Source: Toensbergia leucococca (Eukaryota). Taken from it: 20,000 nucleotides of DNA. Below are positions 1 to 9,976 of the stretch, in pieces. A program made the position numbers and the translations under genes. The notes beneath the pieces are model-generated. The model saw nothing but the letters and a program-made list of their open reading frames with translations. It did no database searches and was not told the origin of the DNA. The stretch's first letter is position 1, and the number at the start of each line of letters is the position of its first letter. The stretch covers positions 45,226-65,225 of the forward strand of contig JALDZS010000138.1 in the NCBI GenBank assembly GCA_022813965.1, in the 5' to 3' direction.

Positions 1-20
1 GCCTTTTGGTCTATAAGATA

Positions 21-491
21 TTATCTACCTACACGTGGGGGGGGGGTCTCAGGTACGTATTCCACCTCATCATTATCCTCCTCCTCCTCCTCCTCCTCAT
101 CCTCATCATCGCTGTCAAACACCTGAACGTTGTCATCATCGTCATCGTCATCGTCATCGTCATCCTCAGTCTCCTTCTCCTCCTCCTCCTCCTCATCCTC
201 ACCAATTGCTGCAAGATTGCTAATCTCCTCCGGCCTTCTAGTCCAGTCACCAACCTGTACATCGGGTATATACTTTATCCACAGCTCATGATCCTCGCTC
301 CCATCTACAGCTAAGGAAAGTCCTACTTGACGGAACGTTTTGCGAATCAATTCCGACTTAATTGAATTCTTATAAAACTCCCTTCATGCCTGACTCACTC
401 ACTCCGTCAACATCACACATCTTTCACCTACAGTATACTTTCCGAAAGCATACTTCTTATGATGTTTATCATAATGCTCAGAGATTAGTAG
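21..491 (-). pseudogene. C-terminal fragment of a pogo-type DDE transposase with acidic tail
   Basis: Extending ORF 21..350 upstream in frame gives LLISEHYDKHHKKYAFGKYTVGERCVMLTE*VSQA*REFYKNSIKSELIRKTFRQVGLSLAVDGSEDHELWIK. W-V-x-x-A-W ... F-x-x-x-G-L-S...DGSED is the typical post-DDE segment of pogo transposases. Both stops (399-401, 384-386) are TGA at expected Trp positions, consistent with RIP-like G>A. The catalytic core is absent. Confidence 0.8.
66..200. repeat. (CCT)n and (CATCGT)n microsatellites encoding the Asp/Glu tail
   Basis: CCT runs at about 77-97 and 178-193, and CATCGT x4 at about 137-160. They translate on the minus strand to poly-E and poly-D. Confidence 0.9.
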
Positions 492-555
492 TGAATTTGG
501 TGATTTTCTCAAGTGAATGTACCGATCTCACTCAAAGACCTTGCTTGAAGAACTG

Positions 556-674
556 TATATAAGATACTACTGGTATATAAGATACTACTGGTATATAAGA
601 TACTACTGGTATATAAGATACTACTGGTATATAAGATACTACTGGCCTATAAGATACTACTGGCCTATAAGATA
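556..674. repeat. 18-bp tandem array, about 6.6 copies
   Basis: TATATAAGATACTACTGG x5 exact (556-645), then CCTATAAGATACTACTGG (646-663) and a partial CCTATAAGATA (664-674). Confidence 0.97.
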
Positions 675-707
675 TGGTTCCAAATGGCCTGTAGGCGATG
701 AACTACT

Positions 708-744
708 TATAAGATTCAAATCTTATATGACAGATTATACGGTA
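708..744 (-). repeat. Transposon terminus (TIR) with overlapping hairpin and TA target site
   Basis: TATAAGATT-CA-AATCTTATA inverted repeat at 708-727. The terminus TATACGG ends at 742, followed by TA at 743-744. Confidence 0.7.
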
Positions 745-988
745 TAATGCATGCCCTGATGAAAATTCCCACCTACCTTACTCCACACCCCGGATTGAGT
801 GTTTGCTATGAGAGACCTCACGCGTCTGTACCCTCGGCCTCGTAACCCGAAATGACATCGTTTCTCAAACAAAAGCTAGCACAAACCTACGGGCCTAGAA
901 ATGAATCACATCGGGTATTATGTACTGGGCTGTGATGCGCCGAGGCCTTTTTACAAATCATATCAAGTGTCAGAAAATGTACGACCAC

Positions 989-2366
989 TCAACTGATCAA
1001 TTCGAGACTCACCCTGCTACTATGAAGCTCCACGCGATCAGTCACATAGATGTGGTCCTTTTTGGTGGAGACAACCAACGAATGTAGCTCGTCCTTGCCG
1101 AAAGAATCAGAATCCGACTGCATAGATGCCGCCGATACTGCCGACGGGTTGTGTTTGCGAATAAAGCTCCTAATCCCGTTGAAAGTCGCCAGGGGAACCT
1201 CCGGTAGAAAGCCCCGATCTACCTCACCTTGCTCAGGCTCACTGGATCTGGACGACTTTGTCTTTCGTAAAAGCCATTTGCGCATCTTGGACGAAACATC
1301 ATGCTTTTCTTCATCCGAGACCCGTGAATTGCTGTGGGTGAAGAGGGTTCGAAACGCCGTCGAGGACCCCATGATGACAGCAACGCAGGCTTCCATGTAC
1401 TGCCAAAAAATCTGCCACGTGAGGTCAAGAATTCCGTGAAGACGATAGCCAGCTACCCGAGTAATAGCTGCGATTGCCATAAAAATGGAAAGACAGAGGA
1501 AGACACCCAGGCTGACCTTTTGGGCGCCTCGGATTTGTGAGCTTTGGAGTAAGATGACGGGAATACTGATGACTAGAGAGATGTTAGATGCTGCGTGATA
1601 GACAATAATGTAGATTCCCCTACTCATGATGTCGGTGCAAATATCTAGGATGGTAATGCTAATCGTCAAAGATAAGGTCAGGATTCGTGGTGGTTCTGGT
1701 AAGCATTTTGCTGAATTCATTTTAGTATGCAATGCGATAGTGGGGAAGGATAACCTTACTTGTTTCCATTCCAAAGTACGGACATAGGATGAACGGCTCG
1801 CTCACGAGAAAGGCCCAGGTGATGCCCGTAAATACTACCACGAACCAGAAGTAGGTGGTGAGACGTTTAGAGACTCGCCTGATAAGAAGCCTAAACAGAG
1901 CCAAGAAGGAAAACTTGACGGTGAATGTGGCAGTCCAAGCCAGTACCAGGAAGGAGTCGATCAAGGCCATGCTGTCAATGAGTCCCATGAGATCATCGAT
2001 GGAAACGACAACAGATGGGTCAAAATTCAGAGCTTCACTGATGTAAATGCTCTTTGAACCAACAAAGACCAAGCCAGTAGCAGCGGAAAGACAAATCAAG
2101 CTTAGCAAAAGAAAGGCATCATCTAGAAAAAGTCGGCGACGGGAGCAAAGACGGATAATAATACGTGTAACGAAAGTGAGGACAGCGGTTGCATAAAGAA
2201 ATCCAGCAGCTATCTAATCCACTCACATTAGTACGAGTAGTCATGTATAAGCTGTGATGTCGCTGACCTTGAAGGAAGGGTAAGAGATTCGGCCTGCATG
2301 ATATATTTTCCATTGATTAGCTATTGGATCGGCTGGGACGCCAATTCGACCGACGTAGAGATCCAT
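989..2366 (-). CDS. PTH11/SAT4-like fungal integral membrane protein (rhodopsin-domain family, no CFEM), about 407 aa
   Basis: Exons 2366-2268, 2213-1760, 1710-1624 and 1572-989 have GT..AG introns and join in frame (1224 nt). Motifs: RIIIR..RLFLDDAFLL, VKFSFLALFRLL, LDICTDIMIISIP, QKVSLGVFLCLS, WQYMEACVAVI. An extra intron 1012-947 could move the stop to 887. Confidence 0.88.
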
Positions 2367-2984
2367 CTTGTATTTGGAGAGGTGTGTATAATATGAACGG
2401 GGTATGAGGCAGTAGAATAGGAAGCGTTGGACTGAGACCCGGAAGAAAAGGGAGAAGGGAGAAATTCTGGAAAGAGATGGAAAAAGGCCTACACTATTCT
2501 GTTCTATAGAAATAGTCGGAAGTGACACTTATTCGCTCTTAGAGTTCCTCATGCCTCACAGCTAGAATACCCACCTCATCATCTTGGATTCCCGGCAGCT
2601 TGTTGAGCCAAGTACCTATGCACGCCTCTTGATGTTTCATGTTGTACAGAGCTGAAATCCTTCGACTGCGGTCGCTTCGGTTCCGTCTTACGTGCAGTAA
2701 GTAGAATACCGAGTACCGATAGTGTGATACGGTATGGTAAGAAAAGCCAAGGTAATGAGCTAGCGCGCTCATAGAATACCTGACGCGCCTCATCCGTCGG
2801 CACATCTTCCCTCTTCGTTCCTCAGCCTGAAACATCTCTCGGTCCAACCTTCTCAATCTTTATTCTCACAGCCTCCTTTCTCGTTTGACAGGCTTTCGCC
2901 GGCATCAGCCCAGCTCCCGAGTGCTAGAATATCAATTGAGCGTGTTTGGATATCCTTGCTCTTGTATGGGTCAACACTAGACCA

Positions 2985-4735
2985 ATGGGTCCACTGACAA
3001 CAGCTTTACTCGTTGTGTTTGTTGCCGCTGCTGCCTCTTTCGTGGTTAAGCTATGGAAAGCTCGAAGCTTTTTTGCCGGGCTTCAGAAACTAGGCTTGGT
3101 GAGAGATGGCCCCTTTGACATCCATCTCAACCCTTGCTTAACAGACTGCAGCCAATGCCGCAACATAGCTTTGCAGCCGGCCACCTACCAGTCGTCAAAG
3201 CCGCTGTCGACACCTACCCTAGCGACGCACACAAGATCTACTCCTTTGGCAAAATCTCACGCTCCTTCTCCAAATCCGGGGCTTTCTACCTTGACTTATG
3301 GCCACTCAGCGAACCATTCCTCATAGTAACCTCACCAACCTTAGCCAATCAAGCAACACAGTCTACAAGCATTGCTTATGAGAAGCCCGACGGATTGCGC
3401 AATTGGTTTTTGTCTCTTTCTGGTGGAGTAAGCTTATTCGATGCTCCGTCCCAGCAGTGGAAACCGCTGCGTGCTCTCTTCAGCCCCGGGTTCAGTCAGA
3501 GTCATCTGATGACCCTAGTCCCGACCATGGTTGAAGAAACGCTTTTATACTGCGACACTCTTCGCGAGCATGCGCGAAAAGGAGATATGTTTTGCTTGGA
3601 CCCCACCACGCTGCGGTTGATGATGGATATGATTGGGAAGATTGTCTTGTGAGTAGGCATGCTATTGTTTTTGACTCTGAGTTACTACGGCCCAAGAATT
3701 GGTTCGCTGACTCGTAGTGATAGGAATGCGGACCTTCACGCTCAGAAGGGCTACAATGCACTCGCCGATGCCTTGCTGAACCAAATCCAATGGAAAATAT
3801 CCAACCAGGAAGTCAATCCCCTTAGTTGGATCAACCTCCCTCGTTGGACAATGGAGTGGTACAATTCTCGACAGATGGATGCTTATATTCACAAAGAGTT
3901 GGACAGACTTTTCAAAGCTTATCAAAGCAGCAGTGACAATGACAGCAAGCGAGGACAATCTATCGTCGATCTTGCATTACGAGATTACATGGGGGAAAAT
4001 ACCAAGACCGATTCTCGAGAACTAGAAACAGACTTTCGAGACTTGATGACAGTGAACGTTCGGATGTTGCTCTTCGCTGGCGTTGACTCTACCAGTAGTA
4101 CAATCTGTTATTGCTTCCATCTTCTTCATGCCAATCCGGCGTCTCTCGCTCTTGTGCGTGCAGAACATGACATTGTCTTCGGTAGTGACATTTCCACTGT
4201 TCCATCTGCCGTTTCTAGAGAGCCCCACCTTCTCAACCAACTCCCTTATACCAATGCAGTCATCAAAGAAACCATGCGTCTCTTTCCTGCCGCGGCTGGC
4301 CTTCGGCAGGGCGCCGCAGGTATTGATTTAATTGACGAGGATGGTACTCGGTACCCTACGGAAAACACTATGATCTGGATTTTGCATCCGGAGATACATC
4401 GCAGTCCTCTTTACTGGCCTCGCCCCACAGAATTTCTCCCTGAGCGTTGGCTTGTTGGGTCCGACGACCCCCTCTACCCTAGCAAAGGAGCGTGGCGTCC
4501 ATTTGAAATGGGGCCTCGGAACTGTATCGGGCAAGGCTTGGTCATGATTGATATCAAGGTTGTCTTGGTGATGACGGTGCGGGAATTCGATATAGCGCCT
4601 ATGTATTCCGAGTTGGATCGGCTTAAGCCGGAATCAGCCAAGAGGACGGTGGAAGGCGAGCGTGTGTACCAGATCGAGGAAGGGGCAGCCCATCCGGTTC
4701 AGCATTACCCATGTAAAGTGACTTTGCGGAGTTGA
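2985..4735 (+). CDS. Cytochrome P450, VerA/StcS-like family, about 540 aa
   Basis: Exons 2985-3098, 3152-3648 and 3724-4735 (1623 nt, in frame). N-terminal TM helix, FYLDLWP, I-helix LFAGVDST, KETMR (ExxR), PERW, heme motif WRPFEMGPRNCIG and C-terminal GERVYQ..GAAHP. The subfamily call is from recalled motifs. Confidence 0.93.
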
Positions 4736-5483
4736 AGTATGCTCCAAGATGTCTGCATATGGCGCAATACGCCTGTCCATCTCCTACACCATGTTCATCA
4801 AGTACCTGTCGGTCTAACATGCTGAAACTGGGGTTCGCCGACGGGATTCACGGAGAAGGTTGCTGACGGCGTAGGCATATGCGAGGTCGAGATTGAGCTT
4901 GAGGTTGGATTTGAGGCTGTACAAAGCTTATTTGTACGACTTCGGATATGCGCTAATGATGGAGGCTAAGGTAGTCGAATCCATCCTTACATGGATAAAT
5001 TATGGATTACACTGATTGGACTTTCATCAGAGACACAGCCCCATAGCCTTCTCCTTCTGTTCAAAAATCCTACCTTCCGGATACCCCGATGGTGCATGGA
5101 GGATCACCGAGAAAGATCGAGGCCTAGACCCGAATGTAGCTCTTGGCAGTGCATGACATGGTTTAGCCCCAGTCAACGTCGACAGAAATCACGTACCATG
5201 ATATCAATTCAAAGTAAGGTATTCTGTGCCACCTAAAGCACCCTGTCGATGTGATCTAGTCTGCTTAGCAATAATCACGAGTTATTGGGCTGCCGCTATG
5301 CTTTTCAGAAATAGATCAATTGTCTTCTCCGCCTCGTCGCCGGCTCAAATTTGTACAAGTGTCTAGCTTGAAGACGTCCTGGTGTATCACGTTCAAAGCG
5401 CAGCACCTTTCAATTTCTGTTCTTTCACTTGGCCTTCTTTCTGACTGCCTGTTCCTCTTGATCTCATTATATTCAAATTCACT

Positions 5484-7416
5484 ATGGAGAATAACACCTT
5501 TCTTGAAGTTGTTTCGACTTTCTCTCCGAGTGACGAGATCTTACCTCATCCTAATATTTCATATTATTTGTACATTGTTGCAGTCCTAATTCCATGTTTA
5601 CTCTTTCACTTTAAGCCCCCAAAGCAAGCAAAGAGCCATGGTTCCGACAAAGTTCCCCAACCATACCCATATCTTATTCCTGTACTCGCCCACGCCGTCC
5701 CATTCGCCTGGAATACCCCAAGATTTGTAACCAACGTTGCGTACGTCTACATTCCCTGCTACGTTCGTCCTTTTTCAACTAAAAGCCCATACCAGGAGGC
5801 GCTGCAACGGCAACCCAACCCAGCTCCGTCTCTTCATCACAAACATGTTCCTCTTAACCAGCCCCAAAGACATAATAGCCCTATTCACCCAATCCTCCCA
5901 AACCACGAACATGCCCTACCGCCGCCTAGCCGTGGGCAAGATGTTCAAGATGCCCCAAAAAGCCAACAACCTGTTCCTATCCGATGACTCGGGACTAGCC
6001 AGCAAGCCGCGTCCAGGAAGTAGCACCAAACCCGAAGAACGAATAAACCATCCCACCCATACAAGCTTGATGAGATTGCTTACCGGCCCGGGGCTCAAGC
6101 CGCTAGTCGCTCGTTTCGCCGAATTCTTTCCGCGGAATCTTGCCAACGCCAATATCAGTCACCACTGGATGGAGTTTCCGGACCTCTTTTCTTTCATGAG
6201 GGAGCTGATGCTAAAGTCCACAGCCGAAGCCATCTTCGGACCCAATCTCCTAGCACTCAATCCGAACCTATGCCGAGATCTGTTGGAATACGACACCGGT
6301 GTGTCTGCCATTGCCAAGGGCGTACCACGGTGGATGTCACCGCGAGTCTATCAGGCTCGTGATAAATGCTTGGAAGCGTTTAAGAAGTACCATTGCTTCC
6401 TTCGTGAGCATCCAGAGTATTTGAGAGCCACGGGGAGCGAGACTGGTTACGATACGGTAGGCGGTGCAGAAATCGTCCGAATGAGACAAAACCTATGGTC
6501 GAACTTTGCAATCATGGACGCCAACGCCCAAGCATCCGAAGACTTTGGCTTTTTATGGGGGTAAGTGTCTAGCACAGCTCCTTTGTCACACGGCACGATC
6601 CCCTCGTCAATCAAATTCACTAAGCAAAAACAATCCAGCGCAAACCACAACGCCAGCCACACGGCCTTCTGGCTCCTATGCGACATGCTCCTCAACCCCC
6701 GCATCCTCTCCCGTTTCCGCTCCACCATCCACGACTCCAAAACTCCCGCAGATTCCCCATTCGACGCCCTCACCCTCACCAAATCCCCCTACCTCTCCTC
6801 CCTCTACGCCGAAACCCTCCGCCTCCGCAGCGCCGACACCATCCTCCGCGAACCAACCTATCAAAACCTCCGCATCGGTCCCTGGCTCTTCCCACGCGCA
6901 GAGACAATCGCCATCTCAATCTGGACGACTCACAACGACGAGAAGGCCTGGAACACAGGCTCGGCCGCCGATCCGCACCCACTGCGCTCTTTCTGGGACG
7001 AGCGCTTCCTAGTCTCCGCAGACGGCCGCCTGGCCGGCCCTGCCAAATCAAACCCACAGCAGCAGCATCATCATCCGAGTCCTCAGCTCGAGACACCACC
7101 CGCAGACGACCCTCCTCCTACATCCGCTTCCAAGCCCTCACCCACCTCATACTCCTCCTCCTCCTCAGCAATATCCTTTTCCACCATCGGCCTCGACGGC
7201 ATCTTCATCCCCTACGGCGGCGGCCAAGCCATGTGTCCCGGCCGCATGTTCGCCAAGCAAGAGATCTTATTCACGCTAGCCGTGTTGCTAGATGAATACG
7301 ACATCGAGATGGGGGGAGGAAGGGCGCCAGAGATTGATTTCCGGAGTTTTGGGACGGGGACCTTGGCGCCGGGGGGGAGGACGGCGTTTCGGATCCGGAA
7401 GAGGGCGGCTGTCTGA
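5484..7416 (+). CDS. Cytochrome P450, CYP7/CYP8-like (group IV) fungal type, about 599 aa
   Basis: Exons 5484-5740, 5796-6560 and 6639-7416 (1800 nt, in frame). TM anchor plus PYLIPVLAHA, I-helix FLWGANHNASHTAFW, AETLR (ExxR), FWDERF and heme motif PYGGGQAMCPGRMFA. Confidence 0.92.
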
Positions 7417-8357
7417 GGGAAATTGAAATGCTCTAGGGGTTCTTGTGGGTGGCTTTTGGCAGGGTTGGGTTGGATGAAGAGGCTTTTGTGTTTCCGAGGG
7501 CGGAGAGCCAAGGGAGGGCCTCGGGAATTGATGTGTGAGCTGGCTGTTGAAAATGCAAAAAAATGGAGTCTCGCAAAGAGAACTTAATACCTTTCCGCAT
7601 ACTCCCCCCTTTCTCCTCTTTCCTTTCCACATAACCCTAGCATCTCCGACCTATAAACCCACGACACCCTACTTGTCCAAAGACCGCTTCCAATTCCGAC
7701 CCTCCGCTCTCCCAACCCCAACCCCACTACCACCAAATCCCCCCTCCCTCATTTCTCAGAAAACTCCCCATACTCCTTCTCAAAAACAAATCGCTTCTCT
7801 CTTCCGCTCCCGGCTTCAGGGCACATATCCATGAATCATCATACAAGAGAAAGGTTTGAGAACTGATTAGGTGCGGCATATCAGAAATGACGCAAAGTAC
7901 TTACTTGACTGAGGAGAATTGATGTTGAGAGAATGAATCTGTGATGAGGTGAAGAGAGTGAGGGCGTTAGGTTTTCTGATCTATGAAGGGGTGTATGAGA
8001 AAGTGAATACATGAGACTGATACGCGCTGTTGAGAGTGTGTGAAATGATGAAGCTGATCTCTTATCATGGTTTTCAAGTGCTGTTGAGAGGGGTAGATCT
8101 TGTATTATTTCTCAAGGAGGTCAAAAAAGGGTGAATGAAGATGAGAAGGGTTAATATAGTCTAATGATAGTTGAAACAAGCATCAGTCTTTGCTTGAAGG
8201 GGAACTCAAAACTCAGCGCGGTCATTAATGATCAAGAATCTCATAGCATTAGACTCTGCCGCTGTCCTGTGAAAAAGAATTGCTCCAATGAAACTATCAT
8301 CAACACGAATAATATGCTCTATCTATGGTCTTCTCAAGTGGGTCTTAAATTGCTTCA

Positions 8358-9350
8358 TTAATAAAGTGCGATGACCAGCAGAAGTAGCAAGATTCTCGTG
8401 CTCCAAGAAAGCCTAGCCCCGCTTGAGCTCACTCTAGTTGTACTAGCGGCTGGTGTTGTCGATGCTGCAGCCGGAGCGACGGAGAGAATGGTCATTTGGA
8501 CTGTTGTGCTGACAGTCTGGGTCGCCTGCGCTTTGGTGATTAGGACCTTTGGGCTGAGAGTCTGAGTGGCCTGTGGCTCAGTGATTTGAATTGTTGTGCT
8601 GACAGTCTGGGCCACCTGCGGTTTGGTGATTAAGACCGTTGCGCTGAGAGTCTGGGTGGCCTGTGGCTCAGTGATTGGGATTATCGTGCCGACAGTCTGG
8701 GTTACCTGCGGTTTCATGATTGAGATCGTTTCGCTGAGAGTCTGGGTGGCCTGTGGCTCAGTGATTGAGATTGTCGTGCTGAGAGTCTGGGTCACCTGCG
8801 GTTTGGTGATTGAGATCGTTGCGCTAACAGTCTGGGTAGCCTGTGGCTCAGTGATTGAGGTCGTCGTGCTGACGGTCTGGGCCATCAGTGACTCAGCACT
8901 GTCTTGGTCTGACACTGAAGAGAGAGGCGGGACACCAAAGGCCAAATGTGTCACGAGAGTTGAAGGGTTGAAAAAGGTAGATGACGTGCTAGGATAGTAT
9001 GTTGTGGTGCTAAATTGATTATATCCTGGGTTTATATCACCTCGGGCAGCGTCATGGGTAGCGGTGGAAGGTGATACAGTATATGACGGCGCAACCATGA
9101 TAAAACCGATCACAGAGTTGGCCACAGAGCTGGCCTTGAAGTTGGAAGCTTGAGCTTGCTCAGCACTAGTTATGGAGGCCATTGTTCGCGGTGATGTTGG
9201 AGTGTAAGTAGCTGTGTATGATGGCGCGCTTAGTTCTGCGTCAAAGGAGCGAATATGATTGGATATCGATATTAGAGCGTAAGGTTCCGTGTATGTTGGT
9301 GCGATGGAACTAGGAAACTTGGAGACAGGGAGATGAAAGAGTCCGGACAT
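8358..9350 (-). CDS. Ser/Thr-rich tandem-repeat protein with GPI-like C-terminus (putative cell-surface protein); start uncertain
   Basis: 330-aa open frame with eight 15-aa Thr-rich repeats and C-terminal SSSGARLSWSTRILLLLLVIALY (small residues, spacer, hydrophobic tail). No clear signal peptide at the ORF start. Confidence 0.65.
   Translation of the reverse strand: MSGLFHLPVSKFPSSIAPTYTEPYALISISNHIRSFDAELSAPSYTATYTPTSPRTMASITSAEQAQASNFKASSVANSVIGFIMVAPSYTVSPSTATHDAARGDINPGYNQFSTTTYYPSTSSTFFNPSTLVTHLAFGVPPLSSVSDQDSAESLMAQTVSTTTSITEPQATQTVSATISITKPQVTQTLSTTISITEPQATQTLSETISIMKPQVTQTVGTIIPITEPQATQTLSATVLITKPQVAQTVSTTIQITEPQATQTLSPKVLITKAQATQTVSTTVQMTILSVAPAAASTTPAASTTRVSSSGARLSWSTRILLLLLVIALY
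8496..8882 (-). repeat. Coding minisatellite: 45-bp units alternating as a 90-bp higher-order repeat
   Basis: ITEPQATQT(L/V)S.... units alternate with I(T/M)K(P/A)Q(V/A)(T/A)QT... units; 8 full units plus a partial. Confidence 0.95.
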
Positions 9351-9976
9351 GAGGGTGCAGGTGGGTAAAGGATGGGGTATTCTGAAGTATAGCTAGACTT
9401 ACTGTAATGTATATGAAACATTCGAATCAAATCTTGATACATTCCTAAGGTAAGCTTCTTCATTGAAGTGGGGTTAGGCTGAATGCGCGGGAGAGATATG
9501 ACTGACTTATTTTCAGTGGCATACATTTCTTTGCTCTCCTTGATTGGTAGCAGACCCGCATTGGCGCATGTGGCGCGTACAGATCAAAGAGAAATATATC
9601 CTTTGAATGACCGCTTGACGTTACACAGCAAGTCCCCAAGTGGGCGTGTCAGGAGCGGACATGTTGATGATAGGTCTCGAGACCAAGCCAGCACGACATC
9701 CTAAGGCCATTCCAAACATGGCTTCACTCCACATGTGCAGGTCAGGCAAAGCATTCCCCTTTTATTCTCGCTGCCACACTCAAAGACCCTCGATACGCAA
9801 TTACATGCGCCCTGCCGAGCTTCTTTGGCCTGCGTAGTCTTTTCCTCAATTTTGTGGCATGCTTTTTTCCTGTCCAATTTTGCAAGGAATCATATACTAC
9901 CTATGACATGCCCTGGGCCTCGCCGACCTACCAAACGTTAAAGTGCAGTGCCGTTCTTTCAGATGAGTAGACATGC

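Larger units (their letters stand above)
1..742 (-). mobile_element. Internally deleted pogo-superfamily (Tc1/mariner-pogo) DNA transposon; other end lies left of the window
   Basis: The minus strand from 744 reads TA|CCGTATAATCTGTCATATAAGAT, a TA target site followed by a CCGTA-N10-TATAAG terminus of the kind I recall from pogo/Passer-type TIRs. The TATAAGAT motif is repeated subterminally and recurs at 12-19. A C-terminal transposase fragment lies at 21-491. Confidence 0.8.

Noticed and set aside
6..314. Poly-Leu/Ile-Val, poly-Pro and poly-Arg ORFs
   Set aside because: These are alternative frames of the microsatellites encoding the acidic transposase tail.
556..674. CRISPR-like array, or ORF 517..747 with YYWYIR repeats
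   Set aside because: The units are head-to-tail without spacers in a eukaryotic context. The ORF is a by-product of the 18-bp period within a transposon end.
2985..4735. Naming the P450 verA/stcS and calling an aflatoxin-type cluster
   Set aside because: The resemblance is family-level only. No pathway genes are nearby, and I found no clear TCGN5CGR site in the divergent promoter by eye.
4620..4990. Protein-like antisense stretch downstream of P450-1
   Set aside because: It is short, interrupted by stops, has no recognisable motif and partly overlaps the real gene.
8371..8997. Plus-strand Val-rich repeat ORFs
   Set aside because: These are the antisense shadow of the Thr-rich coding repeat.
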